NCBI GenBank assembly: GCA_024137785.1
Contig: JAHRHZ010000289.1
Span: 42,100,578 to 42,164,577 of the forward strand
Source of the DNA: Ginglymostoma cirratum
Lineage: Eukaryota
Length of the DNA stretch: 64,000 bases
Direction: 5' to 3'
Notes under the pieces: model-generated
The model's database searches: none
What the model saw: only the letters and a program-made list of their open reading frames with translations
What the model was told of the DNA's origin: nothing
Program-made: the position numbers and the translations under genes
Shown here: in pieces, positions 52,001 to 62,724 of the stretch
Layout of the letters: each line of letters begins with the position of its first letter
Numbering within the stretch: position 1 is the stretch's first letter

Positions 52001-55000
52001 CCTCTAGGAGTCTGGGTGAGTTGCAGCACTAAAGGAGGTGTGTTAGGGCTCTCCCCTGGAGGGACTGGGAGAGCGGAATTGTTCATTTGAGGTGTTTCTG
52101 CCACTGGGACATATTCAGGGAGCTGCATGATGGAGTTTCTGGATGAACTATTATGCTAATGACTTGGATTTATTTTACAAAGAATGTTTTTGCAAATTGC
52201 TGTGGAAAACCCCTCCTGCCTGAAAGTAAAACAATCTCAACTGCCATTGAGTCAGGAATTCTGGAAAATTCCATTGGCCTTTATAGCAAACAATTGCTCA
52301 GAGTGATTCAGATCGCTCTAGGGTTCTTTTCTGATTTTTTGTTTTCACCCGGTTGGTCTCACTTGTAGCGGAAGCAGAACATCCACCCAGTTTCCTGCTC
52401 AATATTTATTGACACACACCAAGGTACCTTGATCAAAAGCTTCAGGGTTGAGCAGACTCAATGGGCTGAATGGCCTGCTTCTGCTCCTATATTCTGTTTA
52501 AAAAAAAGTGTTTTATTCTCTATTTGTTGGAGAGAGAGTGAGAGAGCGAGAGCGGCATCTGAAGCCAGCAAGAGCAAGAAAATAATTCCACCTTGATGAA
52601 CTACCCTGGATTAGAAATCAAATCCAGGGGGATAAGTGTTGAATTAACTAGCCAGCGCTCACCAGCAATAGACAGTAACATGCCAGTGGATCACTCCATC
52701 GTAGGGTATGGCATTGCAGCAAGATGAACTAAAGTGAAAACTGTTATGACCTGGTACAATTAGATCTACAGTCCACTCGTGGCAAAAACTGAGGATTTGC
52801 TCCAGCACTGTTGGTTCACAAAATTGTTTTAAATACTTAAACTGTCTCTTGAATCCTCACAGAATCTTACAGCAGGAATAGAGGCCATTCAGCCCATTGG
52901 CTGTGTTGACTCTTTGAAAGAGTCAGCCAATTCAGTGCTGCTCCCCAGTCTGGCTCCTCTAGCCATCGCCCTGTTGTTCTAATTGCTGTACATTTAAGGA
53001 GGATGAATGAAAGGGATTAACGCAGCCAGAACACGAATTCAAAATATAGGATGAGTTGGGGGAAGAAATATCAGTAATACTTGCAAATGACATATACTGG
53101 TCCAACTCATTTTGGGTACTTCAAAATAAAGCTCAAGAATGACTTGTATATGCATTTCCAAGTATGTTTGTGTTATCTGTTTTTCTGCATGTGGTTCGTG
53201 ATTTCAGTGAGTTCACCCTTTTAAACATCTAAATGAGACCTTTTTGTTTATTAGTCTCAGATGGCCAAAAGGAAAAGCCGGTAAAACTAGTAAATGGAAC
53301 ATCCTGATCTAACTCCTTGGGTACACCTGCAGATCAAGATCCTGTGTGTTCATTTCAAAGCATTAGATGTTTATTTTCTCCCCCTTTTTCCCCCGCTCTA
53401 GATAAATTATTCACCAAACTCTTTAAAATATACCTCTCAGTTTTCATAATTTCTCCGTTGCACCCACTGGCAGAACATTGGCCATTTTGGCGCCATGGAA
53501 ATGCCATTTTGGCATTATTTCCCCGAAACATCCCCAAACAAAATGGCCCATTTATTGATTAGCCAAATGAAAAATGTCACTTGTGGATCATGCCTGATTA
53601 TGAGACCGTTCCACAGGTTTTTTTTTTTGTGGAATTACTTTCCAGCTTCAACGCAGCTAAGATATCTCAAAAGAACATTCTGGCAACAGGGGGCAGCCAT
53701 TTTGTTTGGCAGAGGGAGCAAAGCTGGTATAAGAAAGGTACGTGCTCCCATAACTCTTTGCTTTACTACCTGCGTTCGTGTTAATTGCTGAATCCCTGAT
53801 TTTATTTTAAAACATTATTTTCTCCTTTCAGGCTTTAGCTAAAGAGTCTCAGGAAAAAGGGGAGTTGCTAATCACATCCTAACCTGCACAGAATACAAAC
53901 TCAGTAGAAGGTAGACCCCGTGCACTTATGACCAAAGATCAACATTCACCCTCCAAAGTCAATTACAGTTACAGGATTATGACATCCCAATACACGTGAT
54001 CCACATCTAATAATTTAACATAACATTGCAATATAAATCCCTTCCTAGACAATGGTGAATGTATGTACCAAGATCCATCCAGAACTTGTTTGACAAGGAG
54101 TCCTTCAAAGGAAGGACTCATTCAAACATAGATAACAAGGTGTAGAGCTGGATGAACACAGCAGGCCAAGCAGCATCATAGGAGCAGGAAAGCTGCCCTT
54201 TAAACATGTGAACTTTTCAACACCAGTTGAATCCACACATTATCCTTTGTACCTGGATCAAACTCATAGCAGCTCAAAACATGACTGAAAGTGTTTCATA
54301 CACAGAAAATTAAAATATACAAAAAAAAGGGCTCAGTGATACTCTGGAGTAAGGAGAAAAATTCAAATATAGCTAAAGATCCTGTTCCTGGTCAATGCCC
54401 ACAAGGCATGTGCTTTGTGTGTGGCTGTTGTGTACTCGTGTGGGCATCTGTGCATTTCTGCACAACTGTTTGTGCATGCGTAATGGGCAAGTACATATTC
54501 ATCTGTGTGTGTGAGGGTTAGTGTGTGAATGCCTATGTCTCTGAGTGTTAGTGTGTGAGAGTATGGTGAGTGCATTGGATATGGCATGTACTGAATGGGA
54601 GTCCCAGCTGAAGGCATACAGTCAAGATCCAACCCAAAAATCAGTCATTTCCATCCTAGAAAGGAAAGCTTAACAAAAATTTGCTGAACAGGACAGACTG
54701 GTCCAACTGTCTTCTGCAGTTCAGAATGGAGCTTCAGTACAAACACACAGAGCGCTGGAGGCCAGTACTCAGGAACTAAGGAGCAAATACTTTATTGTTA
54801 GGATTTTAAAACTGGCTTTTCCCCTCCGGAAATGATTCACTTTTTGTTCCTTCTGCTCACTTTCAGAACTGAAATCACTTGCAACGCTTCTCAACCATGG
54901 TCGCAAATGAAGAAAAAGAATGCTCTACCCAAGAGTTGAGGAGGATGTAGATGTGAGGAGATGAAGACAAGATTTGGAGTCCTCAAACCATGAACAACAG

Positions 55001-57043
55001 CCTGGCTGAACAGGCAGGATCTGCACTAAATCAGCAGCAATTCATGGCTCAGTGGCGACTTCTGGTGGAGCGACTGTTTGTGGGTCTGAGTGTAGTTGAG
55101 TGATGTTGGCAATCCTGTTTAAACTTGGCAAATAATAACACTGAGCCAAACTTTTTTTGGGGGGGCGGGGGGAACCTCGGTTGCACAGAGCCGCATCAAC
55201 TTTTTTTTTTTAAGAGACTCTCTTATCTACATGGCAGATTTGATGTTTTTGGAAGGCAGAGATCTAGCTTCAGGGAACAGAGTAAGATCTGACAGGCTTC
55301 AAAAGGACTCCAAAGTTTAAAATACAATAAAAGAAATATATAGGGATGGGGCTGGATGAACACAGCAGGTCAAGCAGCATCATAGGAGCAGGAAAACTTG
55401 ACGTTTCGGGCCTAAACCCTTCATCAGAAATCATTCCTATGATGCTGCTTGACCTGCTGTGTTCATCCAGCCCCATGCTTGTTATCTCGGATTCTCCAGC
55501 ATCTGCAGTACCTTTTATCTCTGAAAAGAAATATATAGCTGCCTAAGAAAAAACAAAAAAAAAAAAATCTAAACTCAGCTCCCAGCTAGAACTGTTTAGA
55601 TTCTGATCGAGCTGCTGTTAAGTCCCATGTACAGACATTAAACAGAGAGAATGGTTCATTTCACACAAAGAGTCGACCTGCCATTGTGTAGAGACTGAAC
55701 CATCCGAAGAAAACTGACGCGCGCCCCCACAATCTGGCATAACTTCGCTGGTTTTGCAGTATATAAAAGATACAAGAATTAAAGGTTAGAGGAGAAAGAT
55801 TTGCAAACGTACAATGAATTTTATGAAGTCCATTTAAAGTTGGTAATGTAGAAAATACAGCCACAGATTGCAGAGCAAGATTCCACAAACAATAATGTAA
55901 TAAAATGACCAAATCACTTTTTTTTTTAAAATTGTGCACGATGTTGGTTGAGTGATAATTTGACCAGGACAATTGGCTCTAAAATTAAAAAAAAATGCAC
56001 AGGTGCATAAGAAAAGTGAGCAAAAAAAAAAAAAATCTACATTCAGGTCCCAGCTAGAACTATTGAGATTCTGCATCTGAGCGGCTGTTACACGTCCCAC
56101 GCAGTGACATTAAAGAGAAAATGGTTCATTTCGCACAAAATGTCACAATTCTGAGGAAGGGTCACTCATAACCGAAACAGTAACTCTGCTTTCTCTCCAC
56201 GGATTTTGCCAAACCTGCTGAGCTTTTCCAGCAACTTCTAATTTTGTCACTGGGCACCACTCCCCTGTTCCTTTAATGATCAGCTATATTTACCACAGGA
56301 GGCAGAGTTTTGTTTTAAAAGTGCCTTAATCTTCTGCAGTGGAACACACAATCCCGATGTGAAACTACATCACAATTCCACATTGTCACTGGGTCAAAAT
56401 CTTGGAATTCCCCCCAGTTTACCTCTATCCCCAGGACTGCGATGTTTCAAGAAGGCAGCTCACTACCATCTGCTCAATTAGGGACTAGCAACAAATGCTG
56501 GTAAAGCCTGATTGTTTTAAGAAATAGACAATTCCCCGCAAAGAAAATTAAGCTAAACCCGACAAACATCCTCAGGAGGTTTCACAGACTGTGCACCTCT
56601 CACGCATGAGACTCCACTAAGCAGCAAATAAAAAAAAAAATGGTAAAACACTCGAGGGTGGAAATCTGAAAAAGATGCAGAAAATGCTGGAGATACCCAT
56701 GGCATCATGAGAGAGAGAGGCTGTTAATATTTCCAGCCTGATTTAATTCTTTTCCAGGACATAGTACCTAGATCTGAGTTTTGAAGTTATACCAGACTAG
56801 AAATATTAACTCTACTTCCCTCTGCATAGCTACTGAGTCCCTCCAGAAAGCATATCTTTTCAATCTCTCACCAGCAAACAATTCCACAAAGATTTTCTTA
56901 TAGATGTTAAAACAGAAGGGTTGTGCATGATCTAAATCTTACCTCTGGCCGGTAACAGTAGTCCTGGCTTCCACACTGCTCTGGCTAGCAATATCTTGCT
57001 GTGAATTATTCAGCAAAGCGTTCTGCTGCTCGTCGGCTGACAT
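34031..57043 (-). CDS. CD74: MHC class II invariant chain (Ii/CD74), spliced gene; coding exons 57043-56943, 49732-49554, 47284-47202, 46409-46347, 44763-44668, 43606-43486, 41835-41752, 37884-37690, probable last exon 34038-34031
   Basis: Manual splice reconstruction gives one open frame. It contains an N-terminal dileucine-type motif (EQQNALL), a juxtamembrane Cys, a type II TM with LIAGQ, a Met/Pro-rich CLIP segment, a trimerisation domain (NLDLLRDSMTESEWQDFETWLRNWLFFQL) and a thyroglobulin type-1 domain. All introns are GT-AG with matching phases. Confidence 0.96.
36724..37410. repeat. Direct repeat copy A (downstream of the thyroglobulin exon)
   Basis: Near-identical to 38505-39173 apart from scattered substitutions and one ~18-bp indel. 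Confidence 0.92.
37690..37884 (-). CDS. CD74: CD74 thyroglobulin type-1 exon (p41-type, equivalent of exon 6b)
   Basis: 195 nt, phase 1-1; six Cys, [33 protein letters not shown]; acceptor tcttccctcgttcag, donor C|GTATGT. Confidence 0.96.
38505..39173. repeat. Direct repeat copy B (upstream of the thyroglobulin exon)
   Basis: Near-identical to 36724-37410. Confidence 0.92.
39188..39375. mobile_element. Fold-back insertion, Penelope-like family 3, degenerate hammerheads
   Basis: Arms 39207-39268 / 39311-39372; ctgacaagggagcagtgctaagaaagctt on + and gtgatgaa...ctccgaaagctt on -; related fragment at 48374-48480. Confidence 0.7.
40680..41170 (+). mobile_element. Penelope-like 3' fragment (end of GIY-YIG plus terminal repeat)
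   Basis: KLEEQHLIFRLGSLQPNGLNV at ~40783-40845, followed by a family-1-like tail. Confidence 0.8.
41752..41835 (-). CDS. CD74: CD74 additional linker exon (ERKIFSSVAMKSMMVSLPEPAKAPVSKK)
   Basis: Pyrimidine-rich acceptor ccttctttgttcctgtttacaacag, donor AAG|GTAACT; 84 nt, symmetric phase 1-1, open in frame between exon 6 and the thyroglobulin exon. Confidence 0.8.
43486..43606 (-). CDS. CD74: CD74 exon 6 (DFETWLRNWLFFQLIQEKKSAPTTSAPRFDPIPEPEPQPR)
   Basis: Acceptor tttgctgtttacag, donor G|GTACGT, phase 0 to 1; matches human VFESWMHHWLLFEM. Confidence 0.95.
44668..44763 (-). CDS. CD74: CD74 exon 5, trimerisation domain (KDNATKEIPEFNSTFSANLDLLRDSMTESEWQ)
   Basis: 96 nt, phase 0-0, donor CAG|GTTAGT; resembles human [25 protein letters not shown]; two N-glycosylation sequons (NAT, NST). 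Confidence 0.95.
46347..46409 (-). CDS. CD74: CD74 exon 4 (IPKPTPAKPLTVLEQVEELLK)
   Basis: 63 nt, phase 0-0, acceptor ttttctaacag, donor AAG|GTACTG; EQVEELLK aligns with human EDHVMHLLQ. Confidence 0.92.
47202..47284 (-). CDS. CD74: CD74 exon 3, CLIP region (PPKPMIHVKPMILDMPMAYIDPNAERPK)
   Basis: Acceptor ctctttctttttcag, donor AAG|GTAATG, phase 1 to 0; PPKP plus a Met-rich core as in mammalian CLIP. Confidence 0.93.
48499..48592 (-). mobile_element. Penelope-like terminal repeat (family 1) in CD74 intron 2
   Basis: CTGAAGA-AGGGTCTAGGCCC-GAAACGTC on the minus strand; 5' strand of stem I lost. Confidence 0.8.
49554..49732 (-). CDS. CD74: CD74 exon 2, transmembrane segment (SSPTCSKSLLWGGVTVLAAMLIAGQVASVVFLVKQQSTITHLQQTTSLIQQKYTSNRNRF)
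   Basis: Acceptor ttcttcattacag (tandem CAGCAG), donor C|GTATGT, phase 2 to 1; resembles human [33 protein letters not shown]. Confidence 0.95.
50749..51313. mobile_element. Fold-back Penelope-derived insertion spanning a 400-N gap, 17-bp TSD
   Basis: tctgtcaaatattactg at 50732-50748 and 51314-51330; mirrored arms. Confidence 0.78.
51711..51996 (+). mobile_element. tRNA-derived SINE (HE1-like)
   Basis: A/B boxes and the same body as the other copies. Confidence 0.8.
52150..52380. promoter_or_regulatory. Candidate CD74 intron-1 enhancer
   Basis: Cluster in apparently non-repeat DNA: ATGCTAAT, GGGGTTTTCC (52213-52204), TGAGTCA (52248-52254), GGAAAATTCC (52263-52272), ATTGG (52273-52277). Confidence 0.35.
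55344..55523. mobile_element. Fold-back Penelope-derived insertion in CD74 intron 1, 15-bp TSD
   Basis: aaaagaaatatatag at 55329-55343 and 55524-55538; arms 55345-55387 / 55435-55477. Confidence 0.88.
55400..55427 (-). ncRNA. Minimal type I hammerhead ribozyme, sense to CD74 pre-mRNA
   Basis: auuu-CUGAUGA-AGGGUUUAGGCCC-GAAACGUC-aagu, identical to the copy at 25043-25070. Confidence 0.78.
56943..57043 (-). CDS. CD74: CD74 exon 1, cytoplasmic tail MSADEQQNALLNNSQQDIASQSSVEARTTVTGQ
   Basis: ATG with A at -3 and an in-frame TAG 39 nt upstream; donor AG|GTAAGA, phase 2; acidic-dileucine endosomal sorting motif similar to human DDQRDLI. Confidence 0.9.
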
Positions 57044-57119
57044 GATGAGACAGTCTCCACTAAACTGAGCTGAACTGAGCTACCGACAGCACAGGAGACT
57101 TCACTCCGGAGCTGAGACA

Positions 57120-57215
57120 AAGCTATATGCGCAGGTTGATCTGGGGATATTTTTTTAATTGCCTCTCAGCCAATCCTGAGGAGGAAGTTAGTGCTCAGAC
57201 AGCTTGGAAAGTCCC
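57120..57215 (-). promoter_or_regulatory. CD74 proximal promoter: NF-kB site, Ets/PU.1 site, inverted CCAAT, TATA-like box
   Basis: GGGACTTTCC (57215-57206), GAGGAAGT (57181-57188, +), GGATTGGCTG (CCAAT at 57170-57174), CATATAG near 57123-57129, all within 175 bp of the ATG. Confidence 0.7.
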
Positions 57216-57938
57216 TACCGTATTTCACCGAACACGAGTCGATCTCAAATATAAGAAGTCGGTGCTGCTCCACTAGCTCGTCCCTCAGGCAGAAGGCTGT
57301 GAGCTCAAGGCTTGCTCAGGACCTCAAATATACAGTTGACACTCCCTCACCAACCCCTTTCCATGCAGTATTGAGAGAGGAAAGACCCAGGGGGAAAGCA
57401 TGAACCCATAATAAGCCTTAGAATCAAACAGTGGCCCATTGAGTCTGCCCCAACCCATCCACACTATTGTCCCTTTCCAGCACTTGGCCCATAGCCTTGA
57501 ATGTTAATTCATTCCAAGTGCGCACCCAAATATTTTTTAAAGGTTGTGAGATTTCCTGCCTGAGCTACCCCCCAAGGCTGTGCATTCCAGATTCCCACGG
57601 GATGAAACACATTTTACTGAAATCCCCTCTAAATGTCTTACCCTTCTCCTTAAAATTATGCCCCCTCATTATTGACCCTTCAGCTGAGGGGAACAGCTGC
57701 TATCTGTTCACATTGTCCTTACCCCTCATGACGCTATACACCTCCAACAGATCCCCCTCTGTCTCCCATGCTCGAAAGAAATCTTCTACAGACACTATGT
57801 CTTTTTAAAATTTCATTAGTTATGTTCCTAGGATCTTGCTATGCACAAAATTAGAAGCTGTATATCATACACTCCAACAGCAACCAGGCACAATGACTTT
57901 GTTGACATTTTGGGATGACCTGATAATGTTAAAGATGT

Positions 57939-58655
57939 TAAAGGATTTTCTGATGAAGTGTCTAGGCCCGAAACGTCAAGTTTTCCTGCTCCTATGATGC
58001 TGCTTGACCTGCTGTGTTCATCCAGCCCCATGCTTGTTATCAATGTTAAAGATGTGTTTCTTTTTTAAAGAAACCCTTTAATACACTGAGACAACAAGGT
58101 GTAGAGCTGGATGAACACAGCAGGCCAAGCAGCTTCAGAGGATCAGGAAAGCTAACTTTTCAGGTCTGGACCCTTCTTCAGAAAAATGTTTTTTTTGAAG
58201 AAGGGTCCTGACCCGAAACGTCAGCTTTCCTGCTCCTCTGTTGCTGCTTGGCCTGCTGTGTTCATCCCGCTCTACACCTTGTTATCTCAGATTCTCCAGC
58301 ATCTGCAGTTCCTACTATCCCTTTAATACACTGTATGTGTCTCAGACAAAGCCAATATTTGGTGACCATCCCTTAACTGAGGGTAAGTGAGAGTCAGTCA
58401 CCATGGGTCTGGATCCACATGTGGCCAGACTGCGAAAAAGAGCGGATTCTTTCTCTAAAAAGCACTAATGAGAATCTATTCAGGGATAGTAGGAACTGCT
58501 GATGCTGGAGAATCTGAGATAACAAGGTGTAGGAGCTGGATGAACACAGCAGGCCAAGCAGCATCAGAGGAGCAGGAAAGCTGACGTTTCGGGTCTGGAC
58601 CCTTCTCTGCCTGGCCTGCTATGTTCATCCAGCTCCTACATCTTGTTATCTCTGG
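57939..58655. mobile_element. Cluster of three Penelope-derived terminal-repeat or fold-back insertions upstream of CD74
   Basis: TSDs aatgttaaagatgt (57925-57938 / 58042-58055) and ccctttaatacactg (58074-58088 / 58319-58333); third copy ~58484-58652. Confidence 0.82.
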
Positions 58656-59137
58656 TGAAAATCAAATTTTTTTTTTAAACAGTCACAGTTTCCATTTGAC
58701 ACAACCCTTTGATTCCAGAGTTTGTTCATTGACAATAAATGTCTTTGGTGAAATTTGAGCATATATCCCAGAGCAGTAGCTAGGAATTCTAGATTAGACA
58801 TCCAGCAATGTTGCCACATCTCTCTCCATGCTCAGATTAAATGGCTGATCAGAGCACACAGTATGTTTTTTTTTAATCAAGCTTTTCTTTAGATGTTCCT
58901 AAGGGCTATTTTTGAATTTTGGGGCTTCTATTTTATTTTGTTTCCAAGGAATTATTTTTCAGTGTCATGAACTCCTTTGTGCATTTACAGGAATAGGCAG
59001 GAAAAGTGGGAGTACTGGATCAGCTGCAATCCTATTAAATAACGGACCAGCCTCAAGGGCTGAAAGGCCTACTCCTGTTCCTATTTCTTATGGATGGTCT
59101 TTATTAGGTGATTTAGTCATGTACTATCAGTATGTGG

Positions 59138-59415
59138 GGTGGCACAGTGACTCAGTGGTTAGCACTGCTGCCTCACAGCACCAGGGACCGGGGTTTGAAT
59201 CCAGCCTCGGGTGACTGTCTGTGTGGAGTTTGCACATTCTCCCTGTGTCTGCGTGGGTTTCCTCCTACAGTCCAAAGGTGTGCAGATAAGGTGGATGAGC
59301 CATGGGGAATGCAGGGTTGCAGCGATGGGTTGGATGGGATGCTCTTCATTGTTGCGGTGTGGGGCCAAATGGCCTGCTTCCACCTTGTAGGCATTCTGGG
59401 ATCTTCTAGATTTTA
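59138..59415 (+). mobile_element. tRNA-derived SINE (HE1-like)
   Basis: A/B boxes and the same body as the other copies. Confidence 0.8.
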
Positions 59416-61386
59416 CATGAATCTATTGAGTATTTGGAGTCCCAGCAACAGAAGTAGAAGAATTAAATGATATTCCCAATGATTATCAACCTTCTTTTCT
59501 GTGTAAAGCCACAACATGCAAGGAGAGCGTGAATTTTCTAGACCACACAGTACTTGAAGCTGTATTTTGACGGGTACTTTTGAAGTGAATTCACCTCCTC
59601 TCATCCCCACTGAGCTCTGAAATTAACCCTCACAACTGAGTTCCCATCTGAAATCAATCGCTTACCCCAGATCATTAAAAAGGGAGTGTGGCAGTTCAGT
59701 GCCACTGAGAGGTTTGCTCAGATATTTCAGAGAGAAGTTAAGAGTCAGCTACATTGCTGCTGGTCTGGAGTCACATGTAGGTCAGACCAGATCAGGATGG
59801 TCAATTCCCTTCCCTAAAGGACTTTTGTGAACCAGATGGGTCTTTTCAACAAATGGTGACCATATTAATCCAGATTTTATTTGCCATGATGTGACTTGAA
59901 TCCATTGAGCCATAAGTACAACACAGAAGATGCCCTTCAGCCCATTGAATCTTTGCCGACCTGTCTCACCTAATCCCACTTTCCAGCACGAGGTTCATAG
60001 GCTTGAATGTTATGACACTTCAAGTGCTCATCCACATACTTTTTAAAGATTGTGAGGTTAACTACCCTCCCAGGCAGTGCATCCCAGATCATGGTCTGGG
60101 TGAAGAAGAAATTCCTCAAATCTGTTCTAAACCTCCTGCCCGACATATTAAAATCATGCCCTTTCATTTTTCACCCCTCAACTAAAAGGAACTATCTGTC
60201 CTGTGCATACCCCTAACCATTGGCCGGAGGCCCTAGATATCTCATCCATTGCCATTACCACCATGCTACTACCATGCAGGTGCATGGGAACACCACTCAC
60301 TACAAGATCTTTCCCCAACCCTTACACCATCCTAACTTGGAAATATATCACCATTCCTTCAGTGTTGGTGGGTCAGTCCTGGAACTCCCCTCCTGATGGC
60401 ATTGTGGTGTTCCTACACCCCATGGACCGCAACGGTTCAAGAAGGCACCTCACCACCACCTTCTCCAGGGCAATTACAGATGGGCAATAAATGTTGGTGC
60501 AGCCAGAGTCAACAATATCCAATGAGTGAGTATATTTTGAGGAAGAGGCAATGGTTTCAGCGGAGGATGGAGAAGTGCCAGCGTTTCAAGTTGGCAAAAG
60601 CCAGAGACAGGTTTCAGAGAGGAGTAGCTTTCAGTTTTACAATACACAATGAACGTAGAGATAGTAAGAACTGCTGATGCTGGAGTCTGAGATAACACAG
60701 TGTGGAGCTGGAGGAACACAACAGGCCAGGCAGCATCAGAGGAGCAGGAAAGCTGACGTTTCAGGTCGAGGCCCTTCTTCAGAATTTCAGTGTTCCCCCC
60801 ACCTCCACACTGTGTTATCTCAGCATCAGAAATGTGTTACAATGAACATAGATATGCCTGCTCCAGTCTCTGTGCCTCTGGTTTAACAGATCTCTGGCTC
60901 ATATTTCAAGTAAATATAAACCTGTTCCTCTAGGTGTCTGGTGGCTGACTTTCCAGTTGTAAAGATCAAAGGAATAAAAAGAAAGGGAGTGCATCGCTTT
61001 AGTACCTTCCAACTTCTCAAGACGTCCTAAAGCATTTCACAACGAATCAAACAAAAGCAGAAATCGCTGGAAAGACTCAACAAGCCTGGCAGCGTCTATG
61101 GAGAGAAATCAGTTAACGTTTAAAGTTAAACAGTTAAAGTTGAGCCTTCTTCAGAATGCAACCCTTGTTTTGAAGAAGGGTCACCGGACCCGAAACGTTA
61201 ACTGATTTCTCTCCCCTCAGATGCTGCCTGACCTGTTGAGTTTTTCCAGCAATTTCTGTTTCCATCATCTGTAGTTCTTTCAGGGTTTTCTTTTCCACAA
61301 CCAATGAAGTAGATTCTGTTACAGTGGATGGAAGCATATTGGCCAATTTTGCAGATAGCGAACTCCCAAAATCAAATAACGACCTG

Positions 61387-62724
61387 AGATAAAAGGTACT
61401 GCAGATGCTGGATAATCCGAGATAACAAGGCGTGGGGCTGGATGAACACAGCAGGCCAAGCAGCATCATAGGAGCAGGAAAACTTGATGTTTTGGGCCTA
61501 GACCCTTCATCAGACCCTTTTCTGATGAAGGGTCTAGGCCCGAAACGTCAAGTTTTCCTGCTCCNNNNNNNNNNNNNNNNNNNNNNNNNNNNNNNNNNNN
61601 NNNNNNNNNNNNNNNNNNNNNNNNNNNNNNNNNNNNNNNNNNNNNNNNNNNNNNNNNNNNNNNNNNNNNNNNNNNNNNNNNNNNNNNNNNNNNNNNNNNN
61701 NNNNNNNNNNNNNNNNNNNNNNNNNNNNNNNNNNNNNNNNNNNNNNNNNNNNNNNNNNNNNNNNNNNNNNNNNNNNNNNNNNNNNNNNNNNNNNNNNNNN
61801 NNNNNNNNNNNNNNNNNNNNNNNNNNNNNNNNNNNNNNNNNNNNNNNNNNNNNNNNNNNNNNNNNNNNNNNNNNNNNNNNNNNNNNNNNNNNNNNNNNNN
61901 NNNNNNNNNNNNNNNNNNNNNNNNNNNNNNNNNNNNNNNNNNNNNNNNNNNNNNNNNNNNNNNNGTTCTGGTCACCACACTACAGGAAGGATGTAATTGT
62001 TCTAGAGTGTGTGCAGAAGAGATTCATCAGGATGTTGCTTGGGCCGGAACAAGCCAAGATATGAAGAGAGACGGGATAGAGTGGGGTTGTTTTCCTTATA
62101 GCACAGAAGGCTGGTTGAGGTCTACAGAGTTTATGAGGGGCATAGATAAGGAAAAATAGGAGAAACTTTTCCCCTTATTAGAGGAGTCAATAATCAGGGA
62201 TACAGTTTTAAGGTAAGGGGCAAGAGGTTTAGAAGGAATTTGAGGAAAAACATTTTCACTCACTGCCTAAAAGGGTGATGGTGTGGTGGGGTGGGGGGGG
62301 CGACACCCTCAAGAGGTTTAAGAAGTATATAGATGAGTATGTGAAACAAGGCTATAGGCTAGAAAGTGGGAAAATGGTTGATGACTAGTATGCATACAAT
62401 AGGCTGAAGGGCTTCTTTCAGTCCCTTAAAACACTTAATTCTATGAAAGGTTGATATACAAAGGGATAACAAGCATGGGGCTGGATGAACACAGCAGGTC
62501 AAGCNNNNNNNNNNNNNNNNNNNNNNNNNNNNNNNNNNNNNNNNNNNNNNNNNNNNNNNNNNNNNNNNNNNNNNNNNNNNNNNNNNNNNNNNNNNNNNNN
62601 NNNNGGGCCTAGACCCTTCATCAGACCCTTTTCTGATGAAGGGTCTAGGCCCGAAACGTCAAGTTTTCCTGCTCCTATGATGCTGCTTGGCCTGCTGTGG
62701 TCATCCAGCCCCATGCTTGTTAGC
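61387..62724. mobile_element. Fold-back Penelope-derived insertion(s) with head-to-head hammerheads, two N gaps and an enclosed CR1 fragment
   Basis: cttcatcaga-cccttt-tctgatgaag junction at ~61505-61530 and ~62615-62641; TSD tcaaataacgacctg at 61372-61386 and 62725-62739. Confidence 0.75.
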
